Positions 9,229 through 18,957 are shown, numbered from the stretch's first letter. The stretch: DNA of 64,000 nucleotides from Campylobacterales bacterium (GCA_027081015.1 JALWMA010000147.1:8000-71999); one strand, 5' to 3'. The notes: generated from the sequence alone by a model not told the origin. Translations and numbers: made by a program.

Positions 9229-9616
9229 AGAGCCTGACCACAAGCCTCAGATCGCTCATATAGTCTGCAGCGTCCCAGTAACCCTCCACCGGCTTTATTA
9301 TCATCTTCTCGTCCGGCGTTATGTAGAAGGTTGTGGGTACATATTTCGCTTTTATATAGGATGGATACTTCCCCTTCTCCCTGTCTACCAAAAAAGCAAC
9401 GAAACGTCTGTTTATATAGTTTTCGACCGCCGGATCGGCCAGCGTCTCATCCTGCAGTTTGTGGCACCACCTGCAGTGTTCGGAAACGACCAGAACAAGC
9501 AGGGGCCTGTTGAGCTCTTTTGCCCTATTCAGCGCCTCAGAATAGGAGCTCTGCCACTCAATCTCGGCAAACAGCGATGTCGCCAGCAACAGTACTGCAA
9601 AGAGTATCTTCTTCAA
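9203..9616 (-). CDS. Secreted thioredoxin-fold protein (SoxW/Thioredoxin_7-like)
   Basis: Signal peptide, CRWC redox motif, YVPTTF cis-Pro loop. Confidence 0.85.
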   Translation of the reverse strand: MKKILFAVLLLATSLFAEIEWQSSYSEALNRAKELNRPLLVLVVSEHCRWCHKLQDETLADPAVENYINRRFVAFLVDREKGKYPSYIKAKYVPTTFYITPDEKMIIKPVEGYWDAADYMSDLRLVVRLFKKSRALR

Positions 9617-9636
9617 ACCGTTCTCCTTGACAATTT

Positions 9637-9666
9637 ATGTTACGCGAATTCCGGGCAGAGCCCGCA
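9637..9666 (+). repeat. Partial copy (left 30 bp) of the dispersed multi-hairpin repeat
   Basis: ATGTTACGCGAATTCCGGGCAGAGCCCGCA, 28/30 identical to 39398-39427. Confidence 0.75.
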
Positions 9667-9751
9667 CCGTAGCATGGATACTTCCGAAACCTGGAACCCT
9701 TGAGCCGACACTATCTGCAATATAGCGGTTTTTCGTGTACTCTCTGTGGAG

Positions 9752-10855
9752 TCAGAAAGCCGCTATCACCCTGTCGAAGACCTCTTTGAGCCCCTCCACC
9801 TCATCCGGTGCGGTCCGTTCGTCGGGAGCGTGGATCGTATCGTTTTTTACGCCGAACTCCACCACATCCACCCCGAACTCCGCGAAAAACCGTGCGTCAC
9901 TTGTGCCGCCTGCCGTCGAATAGGCGGTTTTGATTCCTGTTACCTCTTCTATAGCCCCGCTGATCGCCCTCACGATCTTGGAATCTTTATCCGTCATAAA
10001 GGGTTTAGCAGACTGCGTAAGCGTCAGAAGATAGTTCATATCTTTGAAATACCGGTCCACGAAGCTCTCTATATCCTCTTTGGTCGTCTTCGTACTGTTC
10101 CGCACATTGAACATCATACGCAGCTTTCCGGGAGTCACGTTCGTAACCTCCATCCCGGCCCTTATGTCGGTTATGACGAATTTGCTCGGTGCGAAAAACT
10201 CGTCACCGTCGTCGAGGTCTACACCGGCGATATGCGGAAGCACCTGTGCCACCTTGTGTATCGGGTTGTGCGCCTTCTCCGGGTAGGCCGCATGGCCCTG
10301 TTTTCCTATCTTCTCTATAACCCCGTTTATAGAGCCCCTACGGCCGATTTTTATAGCGTCGCCGAAAACCTCTTCGCATGTAGGCTCGGCCACCACAGCA
10401 TAATCGGGAAGGAACTTTTTCTCCTCCAGATACCTCAATACTTCGATCGTTCCGTGTCTCGCCTCTCCCTCTTCGTCACTCGTAAGAAGCAGGGAGAGGG
10501 TGCCGTTGAACTTTTCGGCATCGCGGCAAGCCTGTACGAACGCGGCTACACCGCTCTTCATATCCTGAGCTCCCCTGGCGTAAATGTATCCATCTTCGAA
10601 CCTGGGAACGAAAGGGTCCGAACTCCACCCCTCACCCGGCGGAACCACATCTATGTGGCCGGCGAAACAGAGGTGCGGGCCGTCGCCGAAACGTTTGTGC
10701 AAAAAGATGTTCTTTACGTTGACCCTGTTGACCCACTCAGCCTCGAAGTCGTCGAGATAGTCGCGTATGAAGCTCAACGCACCGCAATCTTCGGGCGTGA
10801 CGGAGGGGTAGGAGAGAAGTTTCATAAATAGCTCTATCGTCTCGAGTCTGCGCAC
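9752..10855 (-). CDS. dapE: Succinyl-diaminopimelate desuccinylase
   Basis: FAGHIDVVP, RGAQDMK, TSDEEG, IGRRGS, GGTSDARF and TIHAPDE motifs. Confidence 0.95.
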   Translation of the reverse strand: MRRLETIELFMKLLSYPSVTPEDCGALSFIRDYLDDFEAEWVNRVNVKNIFLHKRFGDGPHLCFAGHIDVVPPGEGWSSDPFVPRFEDGYIYARGAQDMKSGVAAFVQACRDAEKFNGTLSLLLTSDEEGEARHGTIEVLRYLEEKKFLPDYAVVAEPTCEEVFGDAIKIGRRGSINGVIEKIGKQGHAAYPEKAHNPIHKVAQVLPHIAGVDLDDGDEFFAPSKFVITDIRAGMEVTNVTPGKLRMMFNVRNSTKTTKEDIESFVDRYFKDMNYLLTLTQSAKPFMTDKDSKIVRAISGAIEEVTGIKTAYSTAGGTSDARFFAEFGVDVVEFGVKNDTIHAPDERTAPDEVEGLKEVFDRVIAAF

Positions 10856-10863
10856 TCTATCTC

Positions 10864-11205
10864 CTACCCTTCGGGATTTTCGTAGAAGATATAGGGCGTG
10901 AAGTTGCTGATCTCGAAATAGAGCTTTCTCTCGCCGCTGTCTACCTTGTAGTTCAGGTTCTTGTCGTAGTAACCGTAGCCGTAGCGGTACTGGCGCGGCG
11001 TATTGTCGTCGGTGCCTTTGGCGGTGGAGAGCTTGTCGATCTTGATAAACCTCATCACCAGTTTTTCACCTTCGTAAATATCGAGTACCCCGTTAGTACC
11101 GGTCCAGTTCTGTACGGCCCTGCCGAGTTTGTTCTGGGTCTCCTGCGTACATCCGCCGAGCCAGAAGGTCGATACAGTCAGAATGGCAAGCATCCAAAAT
11201 CTCAT
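10864..11205 (-). CDS. Hypothetical lipoprotein
   Basis: 113 aa, lipobox LGG-C, good RBS, 8 bp upstream of dapE. Confidence 0.75.
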   Translation of the reverse strand: MRFWMLAILTVSTFWLGGCTQETQNKLGRAVQNWTGTNGVLDIYEGEKLVMRFIKIDKLSTAKGTDDNTPRQYRYGYGYYDKNLNYKVDSGERKLYFEISNFTPYIFYENPEG

Positions 11206-11474
11206 GTTACCCCCTCCTTTTTTGCGGGAAATTTCGAAATCGAAACCTCGTTAATCTCTATTTACTTTCTCTATCGGCCACCCGATTGTACCATTCTACG
11301 GGCCGTTTTTCAAAATCTGACGACTTTTCTGAACACTATTTTAAACCGTGAATAAATATTTCACCGCAAAAGTCGATATAATTGTGAATCGATTTACACA
11401 GACTATTCCGAAAGCGGGAGGAGTAGAGAGTCGGGCCGCTTTTATGTGCGGACGACTGCAAGAGCGTAAACAAT

Positions 11475-13514
11475 ATGATAAAAAATATATCTGTCCGTTT
11501 TCTTATTATCTTCGCCGCCTTCATGGTAGCCGGATTCTTCTCCATACAGAGCCTCTACCGTTCGATGCAGCTGAACCAGGAGGTAGAGAGGTTCAACATG
11601 GAGGTATCGGAAAATATAGACTCACTCTCCACGCTTCTGACCAGGCTTCATACCGATACGCTGCTTACCGCACTATCTCTTCAAAAAAGAGTGGAACAGC
11701 TCCCGCAAAACGGGAAAAAACGCCTATCTTCGGATATCTTTTTCAACACCCTTGAAGAGTTCTCTCTCAGGCAGATGAAGCAGCAGAACCTTCTCAAGCA
11801 CCTACAGACGCTCAAAGAGGAGTGGAGGGGCTACATCGACCTGAGAAAAAAACTTCATCTCACACTAAAAAGCGGCAAAAAGGAGAGGATCCAGAGAGAG
11901 CTCCTGTCGTATATGATCGCCTACAACAACCTCTCTCACAACCTGACGGATCTCAAACACCACTATATTCAGGAGTTCAACGGCCATGTCGACAAGCTGA
12001 GAGAGCAGGCTATGAACTCCTTCTACATCGGGATCGTCATCGCCGTTTCGACCCTGATACTGCTCTTTTTCCTCCTAATGGAGGTAAACAGCATAAACAG
12101 GAAGCTCCAGTCGTACCTCGAGGAGAAAGAGGTTTTTCAACAGAAGCTCGCAAGCGCCAACAGGGCCCTGACCAAATACTCCGAGGAGCTGGAGAACGAG
12201 GTGAAGAAGAGGACCGACGAAGCGCTCGAACACCTGATGAAAAACCCTCTGACCAAGCTCCATAACCGTCTGAGCTTCGTCAAGCGCCTGGAGAAGAACT
12301 CGAGGGCTTCGGTAGCGATATTCAACATAGACAGGTTCCAGTCGTACAACGATCTTTTCGGCGCGAAAGTGGGCGACAGGATAATTCAGGAGTATGCGGC
12401 ATACCTTCGCAAGACCATTCCCTACCTCTACGAGATATACCACCTGCAGGGAGACGAGTTCGCCATTATCGAGACCGACAAGAAGTCTTCGGCAACTTTT
12501 CTGGCTATGGTCAAACGGGTTGCCGAACTCGCGAAAGAGTTCCACTACAGCGACGAGAACGGAAGCTTCATACTGCAGGCCTCCATCGGCGTCTGTATCG
12601 ATGAAAAACAGCCTCTTACAAAAGCCGATATGGCTCTCAAAAAGGCCAAAAACTCGAACGACAGCCTTGTAATATACAGCGAAAACCTCGTCAAAAAACA
12701 GAAATACCTCGAAAACATAACGATGACGAAGGTTTTGAGCAAAGCCCTCAAAGATGGAAGAATCGTTCCCTACTACCAGCCGATCGTCGACACGAGAACA
12801 GGGGAGGTTCACAAATACGAGGTGCTCGCCAGACTGATCGACGAGAACGGACTCGTGATACCTCCGGCCCACTTCATATATCTGGCCAAACAGATAAAGC
12901 TCTACTCGGAGCTTACGAAAATGGTCTTCGACCGTGCGATGAAGAGCATAGAAGAGCACGGACTGCACCTTAGCATCAACCTCTCAGCAGACGACATTCA
13001 CCACCTTCCCACCAGGGACTACATAATAGACAGGTTGGCCATGTCGGGCCACAGCGACCATTTGACATTCGAACTTCTCGAGTCGGAGGAGGCGAAGAGC
13101 TACGAGGAGATAAGCGCTTTTATCCATCGCGTCAAGCAGTACGGCGCAAAGATAGCGATAGACGATTTCGGTTCGGGCTACTCCAACTTCGCCAAGATAC
13201 TGAAACTGAAAGTCGACTACATCAAGATCGACGGCTCCTTCATAAAGAAGATCGACACCGATGCCGACTCCAGGGAGTTCGTAGAGATAATACACAGACT
13301 GGCAAACAACTACAACCTGAAAACGGTAGCGGAGTTCGTCGCGGACGAGGCTATCTACAACACGGTCAGAGGCATCGGCATAGACTTCGTGCAGGGGTAC
13401 CATTTCGGAAAACCGAAGCCGCTTGCGCAGATCATAGAGCCCGAAGAGCGAAAGATCGGCCCGAAAAAGGGCAAAACGGAGAGCGGCGAACCGCAGGATA
13501 TGTTCTGGGACTGA
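11475..13514 (+). CDS. Membrane-anchored GGDEF/EAL protein, probably a c-di-GMP phosphodiesterase
   Basis: Two TM helices around a helical periplasmic domain; QGDEF (degenerate GGDEF); EVLAR, DDFGSGYSN, KIDGSF and QGYHF EAL motifs. Confidence 0.9.
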   Translation: MIKNISVRFLIIFAAFMVAGFFSIQSLYRSMQLNQEVERFNMEVSENIDSLSTLLTRLHTDTLLTALSLQKRVEQLPQNGKKRLSSDIFFNTLEEFSLRQMKQQNLLKHLQTLKEEWRGYIDLRKKLHLTLKSGKKERIQRELLSYMIAYNNLSHNLTDLKHHYIQEFNGHVDKLREQAMNSFYIGIVIAVSTLILLFFLLMEVNSINRKLQSYLEEKEVFQQKLASANRALTKYSEELENEVKKRTDEALEHLMKNPLTKLHNRLSFVKRLEKNSRASVAIFNIDRFQSYNDLFGAKVGDRIIQEYAAYLRKTIPYLYEIYHLQGDEFAIIETDKKSSATFLAMVKRVAELAKEFHYSDENGSFILQASIGVCIDEKQPLTKADMALKKAKNSNDSLVIYSENLVKKQKYLENITMTKVLSKALKDGRIVPYYQPIVDTRTGEVHKYEVLARLIDENGLVIPPAHFIYLAKQIKLYSELTKMVFDRAMKSIEEHGLHLSINLSADDIHHLPTRDYIIDRLAMSGHSDHLTFELLESEEAKSYEEISAFIHRVKQYGAKIAIDDFGSGYSNFAKILKLKVDYIKIDGSFIKKIDTDADSREFVEIIHRLANNYNLKTVAEFVADEAIYNTVRGIGIDFVQGYHFGKPKPLAQIIEPEERKIGPKKGKTESGEPQDMFWD

Positions 13515-13562
13515 TTTCTGATACAATTTCGTCTCCTCAAATGACCTTTCAAGGACAACGGA

Positions 13563-14777
13563 ATGCAGAAATTTGAACCTCAAAGGGAGAGAGTCTCCAA
13601 GCTCTCATATTTTCTCTCGCAGCCGCACCAGCCCTTCTTTCTGGCAGGCATCGTCTGGGCGGTTCTTGCGATGGGAGTCTTTTCGGCAGGCTACAGCGGA
13701 GCGTTCGCGACCGCGCTCGACCCTACCCTCATACACGTCTACTCGATGATCTTCATAGTCATAAGCCACTTTTTCCACGGTTTTCTGCTTACGACGTTCC
13801 CCCGTTTCTGTATGAGTGCGCCGGTACCTAAAGAGATCTATGTCAAACTCTTCCTGATCTACGAAACGGGAGGGGCTCTGTTTATGACCGGTGCCCTCTT
13901 TTACGCTCCGCTCGCACTCTTAGGGGCGGTTTTGATATTTGCGGGCCACGCGCTGGTCGTCAGCAACTTCAGGCAGATATACCTTGCGGGAAGCTCTCCC
14001 GAAAAGAGAGACCCCTTCTGGCTGCTCGTAGCGCATACGACCGGACTCGCGGTGCACTCTCTCTTCATAGCCGGCCTACTGCTCGACCTGCTCGGTATCG
14101 GGATCGCCTGGCGAAGCGCCGCATACGGAGCCGGCTTCTACCTATACCTCATCTTTCTGACATTTTCCGTCGCGCAGAGAATGATCCCCTTTTTCAGCCA
14201 TGTGATGGTAAAAAAGCCCGAAAACTTCATCGCCGTAGTCTACGGCGCGCTCGCTCTAAAAACACTCTTTTTCGCACTCGGCTTCACCGTAGCCGAAGCG
14301 GTAGTGACGCTGGCCGCAGCCCTCTACCTGCTGAAAGAGTTTTTGGACTGGAGACTTCCGGTATTCAGCTCCCCCGCCATTTTATGGGTGCTTCACATGG
14401 GACTCTACTGGCTCCCGGCCGGCCTCTTCATAGACGGAGTCACATCTCTTGCGCAGGTGTGGATGCAGACATCTTTCATATTTGCGGGTATGCACCTGAT
14501 AGCCGTCGGATTCATGGTCACGATACTGATAGGGTTCGGTACGAGGGTGACGCTGGGACACTCGGGGCAGGTGCCGCATGCAGACAGGCTCACAGTCGCA
14601 CTCTTCTGGTTTACCGAAGCCGTGGTTCTCTCACGCTTCTTCTACTCGCTCGCGATGGGGCTCGGCCTCGATCTACAGTGGCTCTTCGATCTCTCCGCCG
14701 CGATGTGGATGGTGCTCTTTACGGCATGGGGAGTCCGTTTCGGTCCCGTACTTGTGAGGGGTAAAAAGGAGGGTTGA
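13563..14777 (+). CDS. nnrS: NnrS family protein (nitrosative stress)
   Basis: QPHQPFF, HVYSMIF, GFLLTTFP, RMIPFF and RVTLGHSG motifs; polytopic membrane protein. Confidence 0.88.
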   Translation: MQKFEPQRERVSKLSYFLSQPHQPFFLAGIVWAVLAMGVFSAGYSGAFATALDPTLIHVYSMIFIVISHFFHGFLLTTFPRFCMSAPVPKEIYVKLFLIYETGGALFMTGALFYAPLALLGAVLIFAGHALVVSNFRQIYLAGSSPEKRDPFWLLVAHTTGLAVHSLFIAGLLLDLLGIGIAWRSAAYGAGFYLYLIFLTFSVAQRMIPFFSHVMVKKPENFIAVVYGALALKTLFFALGFTVAEAVVTLAAALYLLKEFLDWRLPVFSSPAILWVLHMGLYWLPAGLFIDGVTSLAQVWMQTSFIFAGMHLIAVGFMVTILIGFGTRVTLGHSGQVPHADRLTVALFWFTEAVVLSRFFYSLAMGLGLDLQWLFDLSAAMWMVLFTAWGVRFGPVLVRGKKEG

Positions 14778-14779
14778 AC

Positions 14780-15037
14780 CTACCCCTCCGAGAGCCCCAT
14801 CTTCTCCTGGTACTCCCGCATCAATCCCCTTATCTCGTTGATATAGGCCGGGATGACCCCCTCACCCTGGCTCCACTCGACCTCTATGTCGGGACCGTAC
14901 TGGGCTCCCATCTCCTCGATCTTGGTCATATACTCCTCTATCGTATCGCACACGACACTCATTCCCGTCTGCTCGTCCGTTAGCTCTATATACCAGCCGC
15001 CGAGGGGCTTAGCCTTTACTACCGATTTGAACTTCAC
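14780..15037 (-). CDS. Small acidic hypothetical protein at the end of the nos operon
   Basis: 85 aa; GTG start overlaps the TGA of the upstream nosL-like gene (GTGA). Confidence 0.75.
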   Translation of the reverse strand: MKFKSVVKAKPLGGWYIELTDEQTGMSVVCDTIEEYMTKIEEMGAQYGPDIEVEWSQGEGVIPAYINEIRGLMREYQEKMGLSEG

Positions 15038-15549
15038 TCTCTCTCCTTCTTTTTTTCTGGATACAGGATCTCTTTTGTAATCTCTTTGAAACCAAGAAGG
15101 GCCTCTGCCCCGCTCTCTCTCATGAACTTCCGCGCACTCTCCCTGCTTTTAAACGGCACCAGCCTCGCCTTTGCCGAGCCTTCGGTGTCTGTTTCGACAA
15201 GATAGACATACCATGCGCGTTTTGCCCATAGCGGTTTTTTTGTAGAGTGGCCGCGCACAACCATTTTCAATATATGCATTTTTATATTGCCGAAATCCCC
15301 CCACCGGTTCGGCTCGAAATAGAACTTCATCATATCCGCGACACCGTCGAATGCGAGGTATCTGATTTTACCGTTTTTCTCGTAGTATATGAAAGCCGCT
15401 ATCTCAGGCTGTTTATATACGAGCTTACCGCATACCGGGCATCTGTCGAGACCGCCGCCCTCACCCGGTTCGGCTTTGCAAACAGGCGATATCGCAAAAA
15501 AGAGTATCAAAGCAGCTACGATCGTCACCGCTTTTTTCACAACAGACAC
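15034..15549 (-). CDS. nosL: NosL-family protein (paralogue 3)
   Basis: CPVCGK, FDGVADM, AKRAWYV and LVPFKSRESA motifs; signal peptide. Confidence 0.8.
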   Translation of the reverse strand: MSVVKKAVTIVAALILFFAISPVCKAEPGEGGGLDRCPVCGKLVYKQPEIAAFIYYEKNGKIRYLAFDGVADMMKFYFEPNRWGDFGNIKMHILKMVVRGHSTKKPLWAKRAWYVYLVETDTEGSAKARLVPFKSRESARKFMRESGAEALLGFKEITKEILYPEKKKERE

Positions 15550-15614
15550 CTCCCGACCATATTAACAAGCGGATCGATACCTCAATCCTTTTTTTCGCTG
15601 TCTGCAGGCAGATA

Positions 15615-16085
15615 TCACATATCGAGATAGCGCACAAGACCGGCAGAAAGCTTTCCAAACTCCATTATGCGGGTACCGCCGTAACGCTTGACGAAGAGTT
15701 CGGCACGGGTTTTGGATGAGAGCGGTATCAGATCGTCTCCATGCGGGCCTACGAGCCTGCTTCCGAATACGTACCACGCCTTTTTGGCATCGATCCTGCT
15801 GCCGTCGAGATAATCTTTTACAAACATCTTGTCGATCTCGCCGCTCTCTTTTACCCCGTACTCCGGGAACCTGTACGGCGAGAAGTAGAAGCAGAGCATC
15901 GACTTTACGCAGCAGAAGCGGATCTTCCTGCCGTTTTTCAAAACCATCTCTGTCTGGAACTTCGGGTACTTATCGACCTTCAACTGATATACCGGATCGA
16001 GCCTGTTGGGAGTGTCGCCCCAGCCGCTTTCGGATGCGCAGACTGCCGATAGAGTGAGCAGAGCGGCCGTAAGAGCTCTCTTCAT
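15615..16085 (-). CDS. nosL: NosL-family protein (paralogue 2)
   Basis: FCCVKSM, DAKKAWYVFGS, GPHGDDLIPL motifs. Confidence 0.85.
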   Translation of the reverse strand: MKRALTAALLTLSAVCASESGWGDTPNRLDPVYQLKVDKYPKFQTEMVLKNGRKIRFCCVKSMLCFYFSPYRFPEYGVKESGEIDKMFVKDYLDGSRIDAKKAWYVFGSRLVGPHGDDLIPLSSKTRAELFVKRYGGTRIMEFGKLSAGLVRYLDM

Positions 16086-16099
16086 AAAACCCCTCCTCG

Positions 16100-16927
16100 C
16101 TATAGAATATCTCTCTTTTTAAAGATCGTGTACCCGAAAAGTGCGAAAAGCGCCCCCAGAAAAATCGGGTAGAGCACGGCGTAGAGCATCAAAAAGGTGT
16201 GGCCCAGGGAGTCGAGCAGGTAGTATGCGACCGGCCCTATGACGGTCAGCTCCGGATCGAAGAGCGCGATGGCCCCTATCCGAAACGCCTCGAGCGGATT
16301 GAGCATCGCTATTGTCAGAATCAGCTCGTCGGAGACCCTGTTTTGCATCATTAGTCCTATCAGCGCTATATCTATAAAGGCGAGCAGGAGTATCCAGACC
16401 GTAAAAGAGAGGCCCAGAGCCACATCATGCGACTTCACCATCGTGGAGATCAAAAAGGCTATGCCCAAAAAGACGCTGCAGATCGAAAATATGAGTGCCG
16501 AGTAGAGAGTTATCATCGCCCACGGCAAATCGCCGCCTTTGAAAACTCCCCACGCCACCCCTACAAAAAGGGCCACGATAACAGGAAAGAAGACGGTGGC
16601 GAATCGTCCCAGGAACTTACCCCAGTAGTACTCTTTGAGCGATAGCGGAAAAGAGAGCATATACTCCAGGACGTTGCTCTCGCGATCGCTCGAGATCGAC
16701 TTTACGGTCGTAATCAGAATGAAGATCGGCAAAATTATTATGGTAACCTGAATAAACACCAGCAGCAGACGGCTCAGACCCGTAAAACCCATGACCACCG
16801 AATCGGTGATTCCGCTTATGAAAAAGAGGCCCATCAGCCCGCCGAAAACGAACGCATAGACATAGAACCATCTCGCTCTGAGACTCTCTTTTATGTCCAG
16901 GTAGGCTACCAGTGCGAGGTTTTTCAT
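16100..16927 (-). CDS. nosY: ABC transporter permease NosY
   Basis: Polytopic protein; SISSDRESNVLEYMLSFP...GKFLG motif; position in the nos cluster. Confidence 0.9.
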   Translation of the reverse strand: MKNLALVAYLDIKESLRARWFYVYAFVFGGLMGLFFISGITDSVVMGFTGLSRLLLVFIQVTIIILPIFILITTVKSISSDRESNVLEYMLSFPLSLKEYYWGKFLGRFATVFFPVIVALFVGVAWGVFKGGDLPWAMITLYSALIFSICSVFLGIAFLISTMVKSHDVALGLSFTVWILLLAFIDIALIGLMMQNRVSDELILTIAMLNPLEAFRIGAIALFDPELTVIGPVAYYLLDSLGHTFLMLYAVLYPIFLGALFALFGYTIFKKRDIL

Positions 16928-17380
16928 CTACTCTCCCCGACTCATAACACGCCTTTTGACCTCTTCATAATCTATCACCTCGCCGCTGCCGGCATCCTCT
17001 TTTCTCTTGTGGGCGGCAAAGCCGTATCCCATCGGCGTGACTTGATTTGTCGAATACCACGCCTTCTTAGCATCTATCCACTCGCCGGTTTTGGCGTCTT
17101 TTACCCAGATGACCGCTTTGTCTTCCCAGTTTTTTCCCTCTTCCTTGAACCACAGAATCGCACACCCTATATCGTCGAATTTGTAATGTTTATGACTCTT
17201 GGGGTCTACTACCTGTACCGCGAAGTTCCTGTCGCTTACAGCCATCTTGCAGCGCTCGCACATATCGCGGTCCCAGTGCATCTTTTCAGGATTTCTCCAC
17301 TCCTTCTTTTCACACCCTCCAAAACCGGCCATGAAAGAGAAACCCACCAGCAAAACCAGTATCCACTTAAATCTTCTCAT
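16928..17380 (-). CDS. nosL: NosL copper chaperone lipoprotein (paralogue 1)
   Basis: Lipobox GG-C; CERCKM, FDDIGC, WIDAKKAWY and TPMGYGF motifs. Confidence 0.9.
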   Translation of the reverse strand: MRRFKWILVLLVGFSFMAGFGGCEKKEWRNPEKMHWDRDMCERCKMAVSDRNFAVQVVDPKSHKHYKFDDIGCAILWFKEEGKNWEDKAVIWVKDAKTGEWIDAKKAWYSTNQVTPMGYGFAAHKRKEDAGSGEVIDYEEVKRRVMSRGE

Positions 17381-18011
17381 CTTCTACCACCTTTCCAAGA
17401 TCCATGTAAATTTTACGATTGACAAGACCCTCCACCTCTTCGAGGCGGTGGGTTATGAAAATCGACGAATGCTCGTAGTCCAAAGAGTCGAGCAGCCTGT
17501 AGAAGCGCTCCCTGGCTTTCGGGTCCAGGTTGGCCGTAGGCTCGTCGAAAACCAGCAGACGGCTCCTTTTCGCAAGGGCTATCGCGATAAGCAGCTTCTG
17601 TTTCATACCGCCGGAGAGTTTGAAGAAGGGCTTCTCCATATGCCCCTTCAGATCGAGCTCCATCGCCTCGGACTGCTCTATTATACGCTCCTTTTCGGCC
17701 CCGGTGCTTCTATGCACGAAAGTGAGCAGCTCCGAAAGGCTAAGCTTCACGGGAGGAGGCATCTGGGGTATGAACCCTATATTCTCGAGCACCTTGACCC
17801 TCTCCTTGACAGGGTCGCACCCCTCTACCCGTATCGTACCGCCGTCGAGATGGTAAAATCCCAAAACGGCCCGCACCAGAGTCGTCTTTCCCGCACCGTT
17901 TGGTCCCATCATCGCCACCCGCTCTCCCAGAGCGATATCGAGCGTGACATCGTCGAGAACCCTCACACCCATGAAACTCTTGGTTACGTTCCGCGCTTCG
18001 ACAATATTCAC
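17367..18011 (-). CDS. nosF: ABC transporter ATPase NosF
   Basis: GPNGAGKTT, LSGGMKQK, FDEPTANLD. Confidence 0.92.
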   Translation of the reverse strand: MNIVEARNVTKSFMGVRVLDDVTLDIALGERVAMMGPNGAGKTTLVRAVLGFYHLDGGTIRVEGCDPVKERVKVLENIGFIPQMPPPVKLSLSELLTFVHRSTGAEKERIIEQSEAMELDLKGHMEKPFFKLSGGMKQKLLIAIALAKRSRLLVFDEPTANLDPKARERFYRLLDSLDYEHSSIFITHRLEEVEGLVNRKIYMDLGKVVEDEKI

Positions 18012-18020
18012 GCCTCTCCT

Positions 18021-18932
18021 TTAAACGAGATCTTTCAGTCTGAATGTGTAATTATACGCATCTGTATGACAAACGTCAAAACATCTTGCACAGAGGGTGC
18101 AGTCACCGTTGACTACGATCTGTTTCTCTATCCCCTTCTCTTTTCTCTCTTTGTCGTATTTTGGCTTCGTGAACTCTATCACATGGTTTTCGAAACAGGC
18201 ATCCAGACACGCTCCACAGTGGTCGCACTTCTCCATATCCCACTGCACCTTCGTGGTACTGACCCAGCCCAGAAAGCTGTATGTGGTTCCGATGGGGCAT
18301 ATATATTTGCACCACATCCTTCTGGAGTAGAAGATCTCGAAAAGCAGAATCACGAGAACCCAGACGATCGCCAGACTCCAGCCGTAAGTGATGAAGCGGC
18401 TTATAATCCCTATAGGGTTGATAACCTCGAAGACAAGATAGCCGTCGACGAACGTGACGATCAGTATGACCGCCCAGAACGCGAAACGGATTCTCGGATC
18501 CCAGCTACGCTCCTTTATCCACTTTTTCGAAACAAGCTTCTGGTGGATATGTTCACCTATCTCGCTGATCACCCCGTAAGGGCAGGCCCAGGCGCAAAAG
18601 CTCTTGCCGCCGACAAGCAGATAGAAAACGGCGATCGTAACCGAGCCTATTATCATGTTTGTATGGAGCGTATGGGTAGCCAGAAATGTCTCAATGACGG
18701 TAAAGAGGTCTATGAGGTGAAATCCAAGCAGCCTGGAACCACTCATAGTACCCTCCAGCAGCTGTATATCTATATGGTACGACAAAAAGAAGGCGATATT
18801 TATGACTATTACACTCACCCAGCGCCAAAACCGCCATGTCGGACGGATCGAACCGCTCTTGCTTCTGTAGTAGAAGGTAGAGAGAAACGGTGCCCGGATA
18901 ATCTCTTTTATACTGCTGTTGTATCTATCCAT
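18021..18932 (-). CDS. nosH: NapH/MauN-family ferredoxin-type membrane protein NosH
   Basis: FCAWACP, WCKYICP and two 4Fe-4S CxxCxxCxxxC motifs. Confidence 0.92.
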   Translation of the reverse strand: MDRYNSSIKEIIRAPFLSTFYYRSKSGSIRPTWRFWRWVSVIVINIAFFLSYHIDIQLLEGTMSGSRLLGFHLIDLFTVIETFLATHTLHTNMIIGSVTIAVFYLLVGGKSFCAWACPYGVISEIGEHIHQKLVSKKWIKERSWDPRIRFAFWAVILIVTFVDGYLVFEVINPIGIISRFITYGWSLAIVWVLVILLFEIFYSRRMWCKYICPIGTTYSFLGWVSTTKVQWDMEKCDHCGACLDACFENHVIEFTKPKYDKERKEKGIEKQIVVNGDCTLCARCFDVCHTDAYNYTFRLKDLV

Positions 18933-18957
18933 TCTCTATCCTTTTGGATGCTGCCTC

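Noticed and set aside
11395-11470. Possible c-di-GMP riboswitch upstream of the GGDEF/EAL gene (GAAA-capped stem)
   Set aside because: It lacks the GGCAAAC...GACGCAAAGC core of class I aptamers; only a weak hairpin. An Rfam/Infernal scan would settle it.
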